Source: Mobula hypostoma
Taxonomy: Eukaryota
Reading direction: 5' to 3'
Assembly: GCF_963921235.1 (NCBI RefSeq)
Contig: NC_086097.1
Location: 17,236,001-17,300,000 of the forward strand
DNA: 64,000 bases
The notes below the pieces were generated by a model. It was given only the letters and a program-made list of their open reading frames with translations, did no database searches and had not been told where the DNA came from. A program made the position numbers and the translations under genes. Shown piece after piece: positions 11,641 to 24,789 of the stretch; position 1 is the stretch's first letter; each line of letters opens with the position of its first letter.

Positions 11641-12094
11641 ACTACTTATTCCTATTCAAAGATGCAGCCTGAGTTCCTCCAGCAATTTTGTGTGTTCCTC
11701 AAGATTTCCAGCATCTGCAGAATCTCTTGTGTTTATTGAAATTAAAGTATTACTAAAATAACTTTGAAGTTTTTTTTCATGGCATGCAGGTGAAGCGCTC
11801 CTCTCTTTTGCTCTCTCTACTTTCAACCATCCTGTTACGTCTGCTAAGTACTTCTTAAGCTTTCATTTTTTAGTTCGTCTGATTCAAGTGGGATAGGTTG
11901 AAGGAAGAATGCTGGCCAATACAGTACAGGAAATCCCTTATCCAAAGCAATAGATAAACTTAGATTTATTGAATAATCCTAGGCATACACATTGCAGTAA
12001 TGTTTCAGTATAATGAAAGGGCCATCATTGTAATCAGAAAGATTATTTACTGATCTTAAATATTTTGAAATATGTAAATACGAAATGTTATAAA

Positions 12095-12282
12095 GTCATT
12101 GGGTATATTTAAAGCAGAGGTTGATAGGTTCTTGATTAGTCAGGGTATCAAAGGTTAAGGGGCGAAGGCAGAAGAGTGGGATTGAGAGGGATAATAAATC
12201 AGCCATGATGGAGTGGCTGAGCACTTTCAATGGGCCAAAAGGCCTAATTCTGCACCTATGTCTTTTGGCCGTATGGTCTTAT
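12095..12282 (+). mobile_element. CR1 3' end fragment
   Basis: 'tatatttaaagcagaggttgataggttcttgattagtcaggg...ggcctaattctgc.cctatgtctt' also ends the other CR1 copies. Confidence 0.8.
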
Positions 12283-12861
12283 TTCAACAAGGATGGCAGG
12301 TATAGGGGATGACCACAAACTTTCCTAAACATGGAACATTTTCCAATCAGAGCAGAATCTCTGGGAGTCTCAATCAAGCATTATAGGATTAAGAGGTCAT
12401 TTCAACCATCCTGTGCATGTTGACTCCTGGAGAGCAATGCCATCAGTCCCTCACCTCTGCTCATTCTCTTCAGATGTTAAATTATTCTCTCCCTATATAT
12501 TCCCATTCTGAAACCAGAAATGATTCTGATTTCACCACAATTTTTCAGGCTGTGAATTCCAGTTCATAACTGCTCTCCGCATATTTTTTTTTTACATCCC
12601 TTTTGTAATTCTGTCCTTACTTGCTTCTGAACAATTTGTTAATGGATACAGCTTCTCTCCAAGTAACTACTAATGATCTTGTATGTCTCTATCCAATCTC
12701 CCTGTAACCATAGGACAAAAAGACAATGAGATATAGGAGCAGAATTAGGCCGATTGGCTGTGCTATTCCATCATGGCTGACTCATTATTCTTCTCAACCC
12801 TATTCTGCTATCTTCTCCCATAATATTTGACACCATTACTAATCAAGAAACTATCAACCTC

Positions 12862-13650
12862 ATTCTCCTCATAAAGTGTAAACGCTGCTGTACCTTCTTG
12901 ACTAATGAGGAGGTGTTGTGGCTCTAGGCTAGATCGTTCATTATGTGCACACCAAAGAACTTTGTGCTCTTCACTCTCTCCAAAGCAGAGCCATTAATGT
13001 ACTATAGAGAGTGATTGACCTGCACCTTCCTGAAATCCACAATCATCTCTTTTGTCTTGTCCACATTGAGATTCAGGTTGTTGTTCTCACGTCACTTGAC
13101 AAGCCTCTCTATGTACCCTTTGTACGCCGACTCCTCATTGTTGCTGATGAGGCCAACCACTGTGGTATCATTAGTGAACCTGATGATACACTTTGAGCTG
13201 GATCTGCAGAGCAGTGATGAGTCAGCGGCAGACTGAGCACACAGCCCTGGCGGGGGTGGGTGGGGGGTCACCAGTGCTCAGAGTGATGGAGCTTGAGATA
13301 TTGCTGCCAACTTGGACTGACTGTGGTCTTCACGAAGTCCAAGATCCAGATACAGAGTGAGGTTACATCCCAACAAGGTCAGCTTAGCTACCAGCCTCTG
13401 GATGATCACGTTAAGCACTGAGCTGAAGTCAATGAACAACATCCTAGTGTATGAGGCATCATTTTCTAGATGGGACAGGAGTGGTCGGTGAACTGGAAAT
13501 GGTCCAATGTAGCTGTAAGATGGGATTTTATATGATCCATTACCAGCCAATTAAAGCACTTCATGACTGATGAGGGCAATGCCACTGTGCAGTAATTGTT
13601 TAGGCCAGTAATCATTGCTCACTTGGGCACCGGAATGATGGTGGCTGCCT
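12862..13650 (-). mobile_element. Old Rex1/Babar RT fragment
   Basis: ORF 13278..13550 contains [24 protein letters not shown]; downstream DDTTVVG-like remnant. Confidence 0.75.
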
Positions 13651-14269
13651 TAAAATCTTGTGTTCCATGTTTTCAGCTGGGCGTGCTATATTGGCACTGG
13701 AATGTGAGGCGATTCTTGTGGGCTGCCCTTCACATCCTTCAGTGTGTTGGCTGTTAACGGAAATGATGCATCATTCGGTGTACATGTGATAAATAAATCT
13801 GAGGTCCCCTCATTCAAAACTCTCCCACTTGAAGAAACATCCCAACATCCGCCTGTCATTCCACCTTAGGACCACCTTTTATCCTTCTAATCTTCCGAGA
13901 CTGAAGTCATTGTGCAAGTGTGTGAGAGTGAGGAGAAACAACAAACCAATGCTTGTTAAACATTCTTGCTAAATGTGCTCGTGATGGCAGGAAAGTGTGA
14001 CTGAGCCTGGTGATCACTAGAGAGATCTGACTTGTGAAATCTATTCACTGTCCTCTGTTGGATCATTTTATCAACTTGTGACTGCATCCTTGTCCTTGGG
14101 TTGTGTTTCTTGTGCTCTGACCCCCATTATAAAGTCTTCCCATTGCCTCTCAACCCTTATTTAAATGTTCCTGATCCCCTGAATATGCAGGGTATCCCTT
14201 CCCCTTTCCAGGTCCTACACCATGGGTCCAATGAAGTGTCACAAGCCCAGAAGCTCTCACTCTCTTGCG

Positions 14270-14555
14270 TGTCCAGCATCTCTGAAGATCCATCCTGGGA
14301 TCAGCATATTGATGTAATGATGGAGAAGACTTATCAGCAGCTAGATTTCACTAGGAGGTTGAGAAGATTCGTTATGCCACCCTAGACTCAGGCAAATTTC
14401 TACTGATGTACCATACAGACCATTCTAACTGGTTACACCACCGTCTGGTGTAGAGCAGTCCACTGTGCAGGATCAGAAAGAGCTGCAGATGTTTACAAAC
14501 CCAGCCAGCTCCATCATGGGGTCAATCCTCCCCAACAGCAAGGGCATCTTCAGAA
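14270..14555 (+). mobile_element. Rex1/Babar fragment
   Basis: ISEDPSWDQHIDVMMEKTYQQLDFTRRLRRF in ORF 14101..14385. Confidence 0.75.
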
Positions 14556-16851
14556 GGCTGCTGGATCCTGATGTTTTTGATCCGAGGTTCTTTTGGAAGT
14601 CAGGAAAGAGGCACAAAACTTGTTGCTTCATGATCATTTTATTAAGCCCTAATAGAACAAAGAAATTTTTAAAATAGAGAGTGATAGAAATCCAGTAAGT
14701 GAAGGGAGAGGAAGCAAAAAGTTGATAAAAACTCATGGTCAGCTCTTTTTATACCCCATAGATAAAAAACATATCCATTCAAATTCCCAAGTAAGAGTTA
14801 ACCAATCAGATAACCTATATTCAAATATTGCAATGCCAAGAGTAGCTTCTAGAATCGTAACCATCAGGGGACACATTGAACAATTGCATATACATACTGT
14901 GACTACCAGGAAACACACTGAGCAGTTACATGTATATAAGTAGTTATAAAAATTGCTCACTGCAAATTTGTTAAGCTGCAAAGAAAATAAAATAACGGAG
15001 ATTGAGCCTATTTCTCTATATTGCTCTCTTTTTTCACTACTTTTCTAATATATATTAATGAAATTAGTGCAAAAATAGTGAGGTAGTACTATATAGATAG
15101 AAAGATAGATACTTTTTTACGTATTGCACTGTGCAAAGCAACAAATTTCACGACATATATCAGTGATATTAGTCTTGATTCTGAGTATTGACTCTTTCCG
15201 AGGTCAGAATGCCTGCACACACCTGCTGCAGGCACTGTGTACTTTCTCTTAACAGGGTAGCTGTAAGCATGTGGGGTCGCTTTAAGCAGGGGAAGTTAGT
15301 AATAATATTGGGAACCCCGATAAAACTTGCAGCCAATGAATGCTGCACAAAGGAGTTATTATAATGAGCAGGCTGCAAGATGTTGGCTAGCTGCCTGTTT
15401 TGTACTCAACGGGCATGAGCTAATCATGCACTGCGATCGCCTTGCCCACTTTCAGTGGCCAACCATGCTAGCCCACAGGAAACTTGGAACAGAATTAAAA
15501 CCCTGCTTGAAGAGCTGGAACCAGCAGCAAGCACGATGGCATGATTCCCTTCTGTAATAGTCCTGAGATAACATGTTAGCAGGTGTCCTGTGGCATTGTT
15601 CACAGTGTTTCCCAGGTGAGATTCTTCTTGTCCTGAAGGCAGTTTATGTTACATGTCCTGGTAACGTGGTGTATATCTGGAAATGAAAACTTCCATGCTG
15701 TAACCTCCTGTGGACACTGGCTTATCATTCCTATAAGGCGCCCTGGTGCAGAAGCCAAACTGCTAATGCTCATTAACCTGAGGCTAAAGTTAATGTTAAC
15801 AACAAATCCTGTAGTCTTATGGAATCCCGCTGTGAGGTGAGGAAGGGGTGAGATTATTTCAAGGAAATTAAAGGACTCAAAACCAAAACTAAAGTTACCC
15901 TTTGGGAACATCTGTTTGAGGTTAAGTTCTTCATCGAACTGTGATCTCACAGATATCATAATGGCAACAAAACCTGTTGTATATTCGCTACCGATTTTAC
16001 ATATTGAGTTGGGCAGGATTGCTTTCATAGAAATATTTTCATGCGAAGATCACTTTTAAGCCCTCTAAAAGCACCTATTAAATTAAAGAAAAGCTATATT
16101 TAGTCCAAGTTTAGCCCTTGATTTAAGAAAGAAATGTACATTTAATCCAAAATCGGTCATTAAATAAAAAAATCACAGCAGGCTTTTTCTTCCTCAGCAT
16201 TTTAAAATAGCTATATTATTATTCATAAAGAAATGTCTACAAAAGTAAAGTTTCTGATGATGAATGCAAATTGTTTTCCTTCATTTGTCTAACATTAAAG
16301 GATCTTTATTGAAACATTTGAAAATTATCTGCTAATTGGTTAATTTAAAGAATATATACAATTCGCCCTCAATGATCGATAGGACCAGAGCGTACCTGAT
16401 ATCAATATGACTCTTGAAATTTGCTCTTTAGAGAAGCTTATTTGAGATAAGTAAGTAAATAAACTGGTTATTACATTATTGGATTTTAATAAACGTTCAG
16501 GGACATAAGATGTAATGAAATTAAAGTTCATTAGACTGGTGTATATACTTAAAAAAAGCAATTCACAGCATAACTTAATACTGCCATTTGCAAACAACTT
16601 CAATTTAAACTGAAAGTTGGATTCTTTTTCAGTCCAATGTATATAGATCTACAGTATATTCAAGTTATGATGAGATTTTTCTTTACATTCTTGTTAAGCT
16701 CAATAAATTTTCTTTCAATTTTTTCTTGTCCTTCCATGAGGTTAATTGCATAAAATATGGCAGCAAGGTCATGTTTCTCAGAAACAGCTCTGCCAAAGCC
16801 AGGTGCACTGGGATACCCTGGATAACAAGCTGTTTACTTACCCCTCATCTA

Positions 16852-17592
16852 TTTTCTAAATGGAGAAAAAATTCAAAAGTCTGAGGTGCAAAGGGGCGTG
16901 GGAGATTTTGTGCAGGATTCCCTAAAGGTTAATTTGCAGATTGAGTCAGTGGTGAGGAAGGCAAATGCAATGTTAGCATTCATTTCAAGAGGACTAGAAT
17001 ATAAAAGCAAGAATATAATGTTGAGGCTTTATGAAGCACTGGTGAGGCCTCACTTAGAGTATTGTAAGCAGTTTTGGGCCCCTTATCTAGGAAAGGATGT
17101 GCTGACATTTATTCAAAGGAGGTTAATGAAAATGATTCCAGTATTAAAAGGCTTAACACATGAGGATTGTCTAATGGTTCTGCTCCTGTACTCACTGGAA
17201 TTCAGACAAATGAGGGGTGACCTCATTGAAACCTATCGGAAGTCGATGGGCTTCGCCAGAGTGGATATAGAGAGGATGTTTCCTATGGTGGGGGATTCAG
17301 GACCAGAGGACACAGCCTTAGAATAGAGGGGCATTCTTTTAGAACAGAGGTGAGGAGGAATTTCTTTAGCCAGAGAGTGGTGAATCTGTGGAATTCATTG
17401 ACGGCTATGGATGCCAAGACATTGGGTGTATTTTAGGCAGAGGTTGATCAATTCCTGATTAGTCAGGGCATGAAAGGGTACAGGGAGAAGGCAGAAGATT
17501 GGGGCTAAAAGGGTAAATGGATCTGCCATGATGAAATGGCGTAGCAGATGATGGGCCAAGCAGCCTAATTCTGCTCTTATACCTTATGGTTA
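16852..17592 (+). mobile_element. CR1 3' fragment
   Basis: ORF 16886..17326 (KANAMLAFISRGLEYKSK...LVRPHLEYC), followed by CR1 3'UTR. Confidence 0.9.
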
Positions 17593-17859
17593 TCTCTAGA
17601 TTCGAGATTCTAGATCATCAAGATTCAAGATTATTTAGTATCATTCTTCAGCACATGAATGTAAGGGAGTGTAAACAATTATGATTCTGGACTGATGCAG
17701 CTTTAAAAAATTCAATAAATGTAAATAGAAAAGCAATGTTATAAAACACAATGTACAAGTAACTGTTGAGTGTGACTGTATATGCATAAGATTTGCTTAT
17801 ATGCATGGACAGATTGTATGTACATAAAATGACACTAGGTATGGGCGTATCTGTACAAA

Positions 17860-18555
17860 AGTGGAGAGAGTGAGCAGTTTCAAATTCCTCAGTGTCAAGA
17901 TCTCTGAGGATCTAACATGGTCCCAACATATTGATGTAGTTATAAAGAAGGCAAGACAGCAGCTATACTTCATTAGGAGTTTGAAGAGACTTGGCATGTC
18001 AACAAATACACTCAAAAACTTCTACAAATGTACTGTGGAGAGCGTTCTGACAGGCTGCATCACTGTCTGGTATGGGGGGGTGGGTGCTACTGCACAGGAC
18101 CAAAAAGAAGCTGCAGAGGGTTGTAAACCTAATCAGATCCATCTTGGGTACTAGCCTACAAAGTACCCAGGATACCTTCAGGGAGCGGCGTCTCAGAAAG
18201 GCAGCGTCCATTATTAAGTACCTCCTACTCCCAGGGAATGCCCTTTTCTCACTTTTACCATCAGGCAGGAGGTACAGAAGCCTGAAGGCACACACTCAGT
18301 GATTCAGGAACAGCTTCTTCCCCTCTGCCATCCGATTCCGAAATGGAAATCGAAACCTTGGACACTACCTCTCCTTTTTAAATATACATATTTCTGTTTT
18401 TTGCATGTTCTTTTAATCTATTCAATATACATATACTGTAATTGATTTACTTATTATGTTTTTTCTATATTATGTATTGCATTGAACTGCTGCTAAGTTA
18501 ACAAATTCACGTCACATGCCGGTGACAATAAACCTGATTCTGATTCTGATTCTGA
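17860..18555 (+). mobile_element. Rex1/Babar 3' fragment with (ATTCTG)n tail
   Basis: ORF 17861..18154 (ERVSSFKFLSVKISEDLTWSQHI..KKARQQLYF); aataaacctgattctgattctgattctg. Confidence 0.9.
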
Positions 18556-19180
18556 CAGGAAATGCTAAAGTGACAAGGTGACTCCTGGTAGCAGCGGGCC
18601 ATATAGAAATGCAGTTGAACAGTGACTGCGCAGTGTCGGTATGAGGTGTGGAGTATAATCATTAAATGGCAATGCATTGGGGAATGAAGGGTACTGAGTG
18701 GCTGTGGAAAGGCGTGGCTGATGGGATGTAGTGGTGGTGAGGAGTGGTGGGATGTGTTAATTGGTGTATATGGGTTAATGGCCCTACAAGGAAGAACCAG
18801 CTTCTGTCCACCACAGAATAAAGAAGTAAAGAAACAAGGCAGAGTATTATGTGGAACCTACCCTCCAAGTAAACAAGTTTAAAATACTGTAGGTGCTGCT
18901 CGTTCTGCTGGGGATTGAAGCAAAGAAGCCCAACAAGTAAATGTGCAGTAGTTTGATTGGTTGAAGCAGTAGGAATGTTGATTTTCATTGGGTGAGTCAT
19001 AATGGAGTGATTGACCTAGTAAATTTTGGAGAGCTAGCAGTAGTATGTACTAATGTTATGGAAGATGAATGAAGTTGTTGAACGCAGACCGGAGTTAATA
19101 ACAGAACTTGGATAGCAATTTTGATTGCTGAGGTATCAGACTTATAGAGAAGACTTCACTCAGGATAATTTATGAGATGA

Positions 19181-19331
19181 GGAACACACACATGAAGGGT
19201 CCCGATGAAGAATTTGGCCCGAAACGTCGACTGTTTATTCGTCTCCATAAATGCTGCCTAAACTGATGAGTTCCTCCAGCATTTTGTGCGTGCTTTTCTC
19301 TGGATTTCTGGCATCTGCCGAATCTCTTGTG
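19181..19331 (+). mobile_element. Penelope-type terminal repeat copy with mutated hammerhead and 12-bp TSD
   Basis: ggtc-CCGATGA-agaatttggccc-GAAACGTC-gact at 19198-19232; TSD tttatgagatga at 19169-19180 and 19332-19343. Confidence 0.7.
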
Positions 19332-20134
19332 TTTATGAGATGATGAAAAAGCCCAAAGCACAAATCAATTTGGCAGAAAGCCAAATAGCTATGAAGAAAG
19401 AACATTTGATATTAGCAATTCAGAAGTGTGACTCTAGTGAGCAACACGTTACACCGATTATGCGTTCCAAGCATCGCCGGTTGATATTAGAAATTCTTTC
19501 TCCACTGAAGACTTTTATAAGTATTGGCAAGATTCCTCACATTTTACTGTGACAGAGGAAGAAAAATGATTCTTCAACAATTTTTAATTTTGACTTTGCT
19601 TCATTTAGCTTGGCAGAAGGCTGAAAGGCTGCCTTTCTCCTCGACTAAAGAATAATGCACAAAGAAAACAGAGAACGAAAAGAGGGAAGGATTATGTTAA
19701 ATCTGAAGATATTCTGGTGGAGTGAATCAGAATTTTTATATTGCTACTTTATGTAAAGTTCCACCACTTAGTACTTCAATAAAAATCTCTTCATGCAAAT
19801 TCACAATGTGTTTGAGGCAGTTTATAGATGGACTCACAGCTGTCCAAAAATCTGTTTAATGATTTATATCTATCACCTGAGGAGGCTGGATATTCAAATC
19901 AGAAATATCGCATTTGCTCTTTTGTGGCTTAAAGTAAGAACATTCATATAGCCAAGCAAAGGAGTTACCTCATGCTTACTTCATTGTGCTTCAGGTCTGT
20001 TTCATTTTAAGCTGGAAGTATACAACTGCTGCATTGCCTAAGATTTCCAAGCTAAAATAAATACAGAAATGCAGAAGGTCAAAGATCTCATCTGAATAGA
20101 TATGGCCTACTTCTGTCTATGGGGAGATTTTACA

Positions 20135-20290
20135 TTTTCCTGCGTGTGTTTTCTCTGGGTGTTCCAGTTTTCTCCCTCATTCCAAAGATGCACCAGTTCC
20201 TAGGTTAATTGGTCACATGGGTGTTATAGGGTGGTGTGTGCTTGGGCTGGAAGGGCTTGCTACTCTGCTGTACCTCTAAATAAAATAAAA
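20135..20290 (+). mobile_element. V-SINE (HE1-like) 3' part
   Basis: 'ttctctgggtgttccagttttctccctcattccaaagatg...ggttaattgg...gaagggc...tgctgta'. Confidence 0.7.
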
Positions 20291-21071
20291 AATAATGGCT
20301 TGTCACTGAGTTGGAATCTTTACATGAGAAATATACTGGCAAACAAAATATTTAAATTTAATGAAAGCGCCTAAAAACACCTCCTCTGCTCTCATGTCTT
20401 ATATTTGTCAATGAATCATTCACAAGTCAGTATCTTCTAAGTGTGATATACTATCAGGTTAAAAAAAAAGGTGTAACTTATTGATAGAGTGTGTCCTTTA
20501 AAAGAATGCAGAAACAGATTCTGAATGCTGATTACATAGACATCCACATAAGCTGTCTCAGTAAATTGAAGCAAAACAGAATTGGCATTTATTTTGGGCC
20601 TCGTTCATGTCCAAAGTGTATGGAAAACTCTTTGTTAATTCCTTTTGCAGGGTGTAGATGTCATTTGCTAAGCCAGCAATATATTGCCCTGGGCCTAGTG
20701 GTTTCCTATTGTTTTCTGGAAGGCAGTTAAGAGTTATGCACAAACATGGAAGTACACTCCCTTTCCCTTGGAGCCAGAGTGTTTCACTGCCCTGAGATGG
20801 CACACTAGCAAAGGATGATCTCCCTCACATCAGTAGCAGCTCTTCTCACGTGTCTTGACCTTTGTACCAATCCCTCTCATGCTTGCTTTTGGCGTTCCCA
20901 CCTTTCACCCACATGCAGCATTAATACTGGCATTAAAACCCGGACAAAATTCTTTCCCATCTTTGGGCGTCACCACGACCAATGTAGTGAATATATGCAC
21001 ATATTCAAAAGTCAATTCTTGAGTCCTTACTATATTTGTATTTTGTTAAACTGCACATGTTAGTTCTAAAC

Positions 21072-23535
21072 AAACTGAGCGATGTAATCAACAGGCATGA
21101 AACAGTGCAGCCTGATGCCTTCCCTATTGTTTTGGGGGATTTTAAACGGGCCAGCTTGAAAAAATCTCTAAATAATTAGTACCAACAAATCATTTGTAGA
21201 ACCATGAGAACCAACACATTGGAGTACTGTCATACTACCATCAAAAGTGTTTACTGTGCTATCCCACACCCACACTTTGGAAAGTCTGATCACCTGGCTG
21301 TACTTCTACTCCCTGAGTACAGGCAGAGTCTGAAGACTGCAGCACCAGTAGAGAGGCCCAGGGAGGACAAGGGAGGCGCAGGAGTGCTTACAGGACTGTT
21401 CTGAATCGGTGGTCTGGACTGTAATCAGGGATTCATCCTCAAGTCTGAATGAATACGCCACAGCTGTCACTGACTTCATTAAAACCTGTGTGGATGAGTG
21501 TGTGCCTACGTGCCCAAACCGAAAGCCGTGGATGAACCAGGAGGTTTGTAGTCTGCAGAGGGCTAGATCTGTGGCATTCAAGTCTACTGGCCCGGGACTA
21601 TACAAGAAAACGAGGTGGGACTTGCGGAGAGCTACCCCAAGAGCAAAGGAAGAATTCTGAACGAAGTTGGAGGCAGAATCGGATGCACGTCAGCTCTGGT
21701 AGGGTTTGTAGGCTGTTACTTCCTACAAAGCGAGCCTAACACCATGAATGGCAGTGATGTTTCACTCCCAGATGAGTTCAAAGCCCTTAATGCTCACTTT
21801 GAAAGGGAAAATGAGACCACAGCTACGAGGACCCCTGCAGCACCTGCAGACCTCGTGATCTCTGTCTTGGCTGCTGACGCCAGACTGCTTTCGTGAGGGT
21901 GAACTCTCGCAAGGTGACAGGACCTGATGGAGTACCTTGTAGGGCTCTGAAGCCCGTGGCTACCAAATGGTGTGTGTTCAGACATTTTCAATCTCTCAAT
22001 GCAACAGTTAGAGTTCCCACTGCTTCAGAAGAGCAAAATTCATACCAGTGCCCAAGAAGAGCAGTGTGAGCTACCTAAAGACATCATCCAGTAGCACTCA
22101 CGTCTATGGTGATGAAGTGCTTTGAGCGGTTGGTTCTGGCTATAATTAACTCCTGTCTCATCAGATTTCTGGATCCACTGCAATTTGCCTATTGGCCAAT
22201 AGATCTACAACAGATGCAATCTCGTCAGCTTTTCATATTCCCTTGGATCACCCGGATAATACAATTATGACAGGATGCTGTTTACTGACTACAACCCAGT
22301 GTTCAACACAATCATTCCTACAGTTCTGATTGGAAAGCTCTGGAACCTGGGCCTCTGTACCTCCCTCTGCAACTGGATCCTTGACTTACTAACCTGAAGA
22401 CCACAATATGTACGGATCAGAAATAACACCTCCACCTTACAGACGATCACCACTGGAGAATCTCAGGGATGTGTGTGTAGCCCACTCCTCTACTCTCTCT
22501 ACACCCACAACTGTATGACTAGGCACAGCTCAATTGCCATCCATAAATTTGCTGATGATGCAACCTCTGCTGGCAGATTTTCAGATGGTGACGAGAGGGC
22601 GTACAGGAGTGGGATATACCAACTAGTGGGGTGGTGTCCTAGCAACACCCTTGCACTCAATGTCAGTAAAACCAAAGAGCTAATTGTGGGCTTCAGGAAG
22701 GGTAAGATGAGGGAACACACGCCAATCCTCACAGAGTGGTCAGAAGTGGAAACAGTAAGCAGTTTCAAGTTCCAGGGTGTCAATATCTCTGAGGAGCTAT
22801 CCTCGGCCCAACATATCGATGCAGCCACAAGGAAGGTATGACAGCAGCTATATTTCATTGGGAGTTTGTGGCTATTTGGTATGTCACCAAAGACACTCAC
22901 AAATGTTTACAGGTATACCATTCTAACTGGCTGCATCGCTCTCTGGTATGGGGTGGCTATTGCACAGGATCAAAATAAGTTGCCTAGAGATGTAAACTCA
23001 GTCAGCTCCATCATGGGCACCAGCCTCCCTAGTACGCAGAATACATTCAAGATGCGATGCCTCAGAAAGGCGGCATCCATCATTAAGGACCTGTATCACC
23101 CAGAACATGCCCTCTCATTGCTATCATCAGGAATGAGGTACAAGAGCCAAAAGGCACACAGTCAACGATTCAGGAACAGCTTCTTCCATTCTGCCATCCA
23201 ATTTCTGAATGGACATTGAGCTCATAAAAACTACCCTCACTACTTTTTTTTATTTTTACTTTTGCACTATTTATTTAATTTAACTACTATTATATATAGT
23301 TTTCTCAGTCTTGGTTTGTCCTGTGTTTTGTGATATCACACCGGAGGAAATATTGTATTATTTCTTAATGCATGCATTACTAAATGACAATAAAAGAGGA
23401 CTGCGTGTCTTCATAATCTAAATATATACTGTAATTCATATTTTTTCTATTGTGTACCGCATTGTACTGCTACCACAAAGAAAACAAATTTCACCACATA
23501 TGCTGGTGATATTAAACCTGATTCTGATTCTGATT
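21072..23535 (+). mobile_element. Long degenerate Rex1/Babar LINE (end of endonuclease, RT, tail)
   Basis: PHFGKSDHLAVLL, PNRKPWMNQEV, SPLLYSLYTHNC..KFADD, LNVSKTKELIV in successive broken ORFs; (attctg)n tail. Confidence 0.92.
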
Positions 23536-23944
23536 ATGAGCATTTGATTCAGAAATGTGCCAAGATTGCAAGTTCAAGATAGCTAAATCAAAACAAGTAT
23601 GTAATCACTAGTTACGTCACCTGACCCTTGGCTGTAGGTTCTGTAATGTTGTGAATGTATTCTCTAAAGGTGGTGATTTAAAATAGTTATGTAATTTCAA
23701 TGTCACCTCACTGAAGCTTATCTCTAACAATAAGATTGCTTTTTACTCCCTCGTATGGAGTGGTTTGAGCAGAGACACTTCTGCCTTCAGAACAATAGTT
23801 TGCCCTAGAGACTATCTGCATCTGTCCTACTTGAGAACTAAAGGACTTCTGCACTTTATCATAAGCAATAGCTTCCCAAAATTGCCAGATCCAGTCTTGG
23901 CTGCAAAATCATATCTTTACAATTAAAAGGCTTAATAGTTAAAG

Positions 23945-24560
23945 GGCTTTTTTGGGTTCAAAAATGTACATTATTCATAAAATTTTCAAAAATATAATAC
24001 AATGCATTCATATGTTTCCATTTGGAGTATAAGTCATATCATTCCACTTGCTTGCATACTTTATATTAGCAAAAAGGTAATTTTTTTCTTTTATTTGCCT
24101 TCTGTCAGCTACAAGTTTGAAGGTTCAACCCTTTAGTGTACAGTGCCTTACACTGTGGTCTTTCTCTGGAAACTCTTACGATAAACTTTAATGCCTAAAA
24201 TGTAGTTCTGCATCTTGAAATGTGCAGTCTGCAAAATTTGGTCCTGATAACTCCTTGTACAGGAAGTCTAGTAAACTTTGGCCAGAACAAGGCGTGATTT
24301 TGACCCAGCTGGTCATCTTCAAGTAGCTGTTGTGTGCATCCCATAGAACACAGACTCCTGTGTAACACAGCTCTTCCAGATGATCGTTGACATCTATTGG
24401 GATCATCCTGGTAAGTTTGCATTCCAGAGAGAAAAGGGTGACAGCTTCATCCTCTCTGCAGTTGGATTGAGGGCAGTGGTTTAGTGATGTCGAGATTTCA
24501 GCTGCTCAGGAAGGATTCGACAGGGAGGGCCCTTCTCCACACAAGTCAGTTACGGCCCTG
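23945..24560 (-). mobile_element. Degenerate L1/Tx1-like 3' end
   Basis: Broken C-terminal-like residues (VTQESVFYG-like, Cys/His remnants), then an AT-rich tail. Confidence 0.4.
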
Positions 24561-24789
24561 TCATAATTGATTCATATTCTACTAAATAACCTTGATGATT
24601 TTAACAGTAACAATGTTTGGTGATCAGGTCAGAATGCACAACCTTTCATATTGTCTGTGTTTGAGTCTGATCTTGAACCTTTGATATTCAGGTCTGAATA
24701 TTAAAGTAACTGAGATTAAAAATCCATTTCAGAATCACCTACCACTACGAGTTAATGCCATTTGATGTATTTCATCAGTCGTGTACGAT

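Noticed and set aside
11371..11761. Overlapping ORFs with HT/CV runs
   Set aside because: Produced by the (CA)n microsatellite inside a repeat
14555..14960. Possible solo LTR
   Set aside because: No clear TG...CA ends, TSD or second copy in the window
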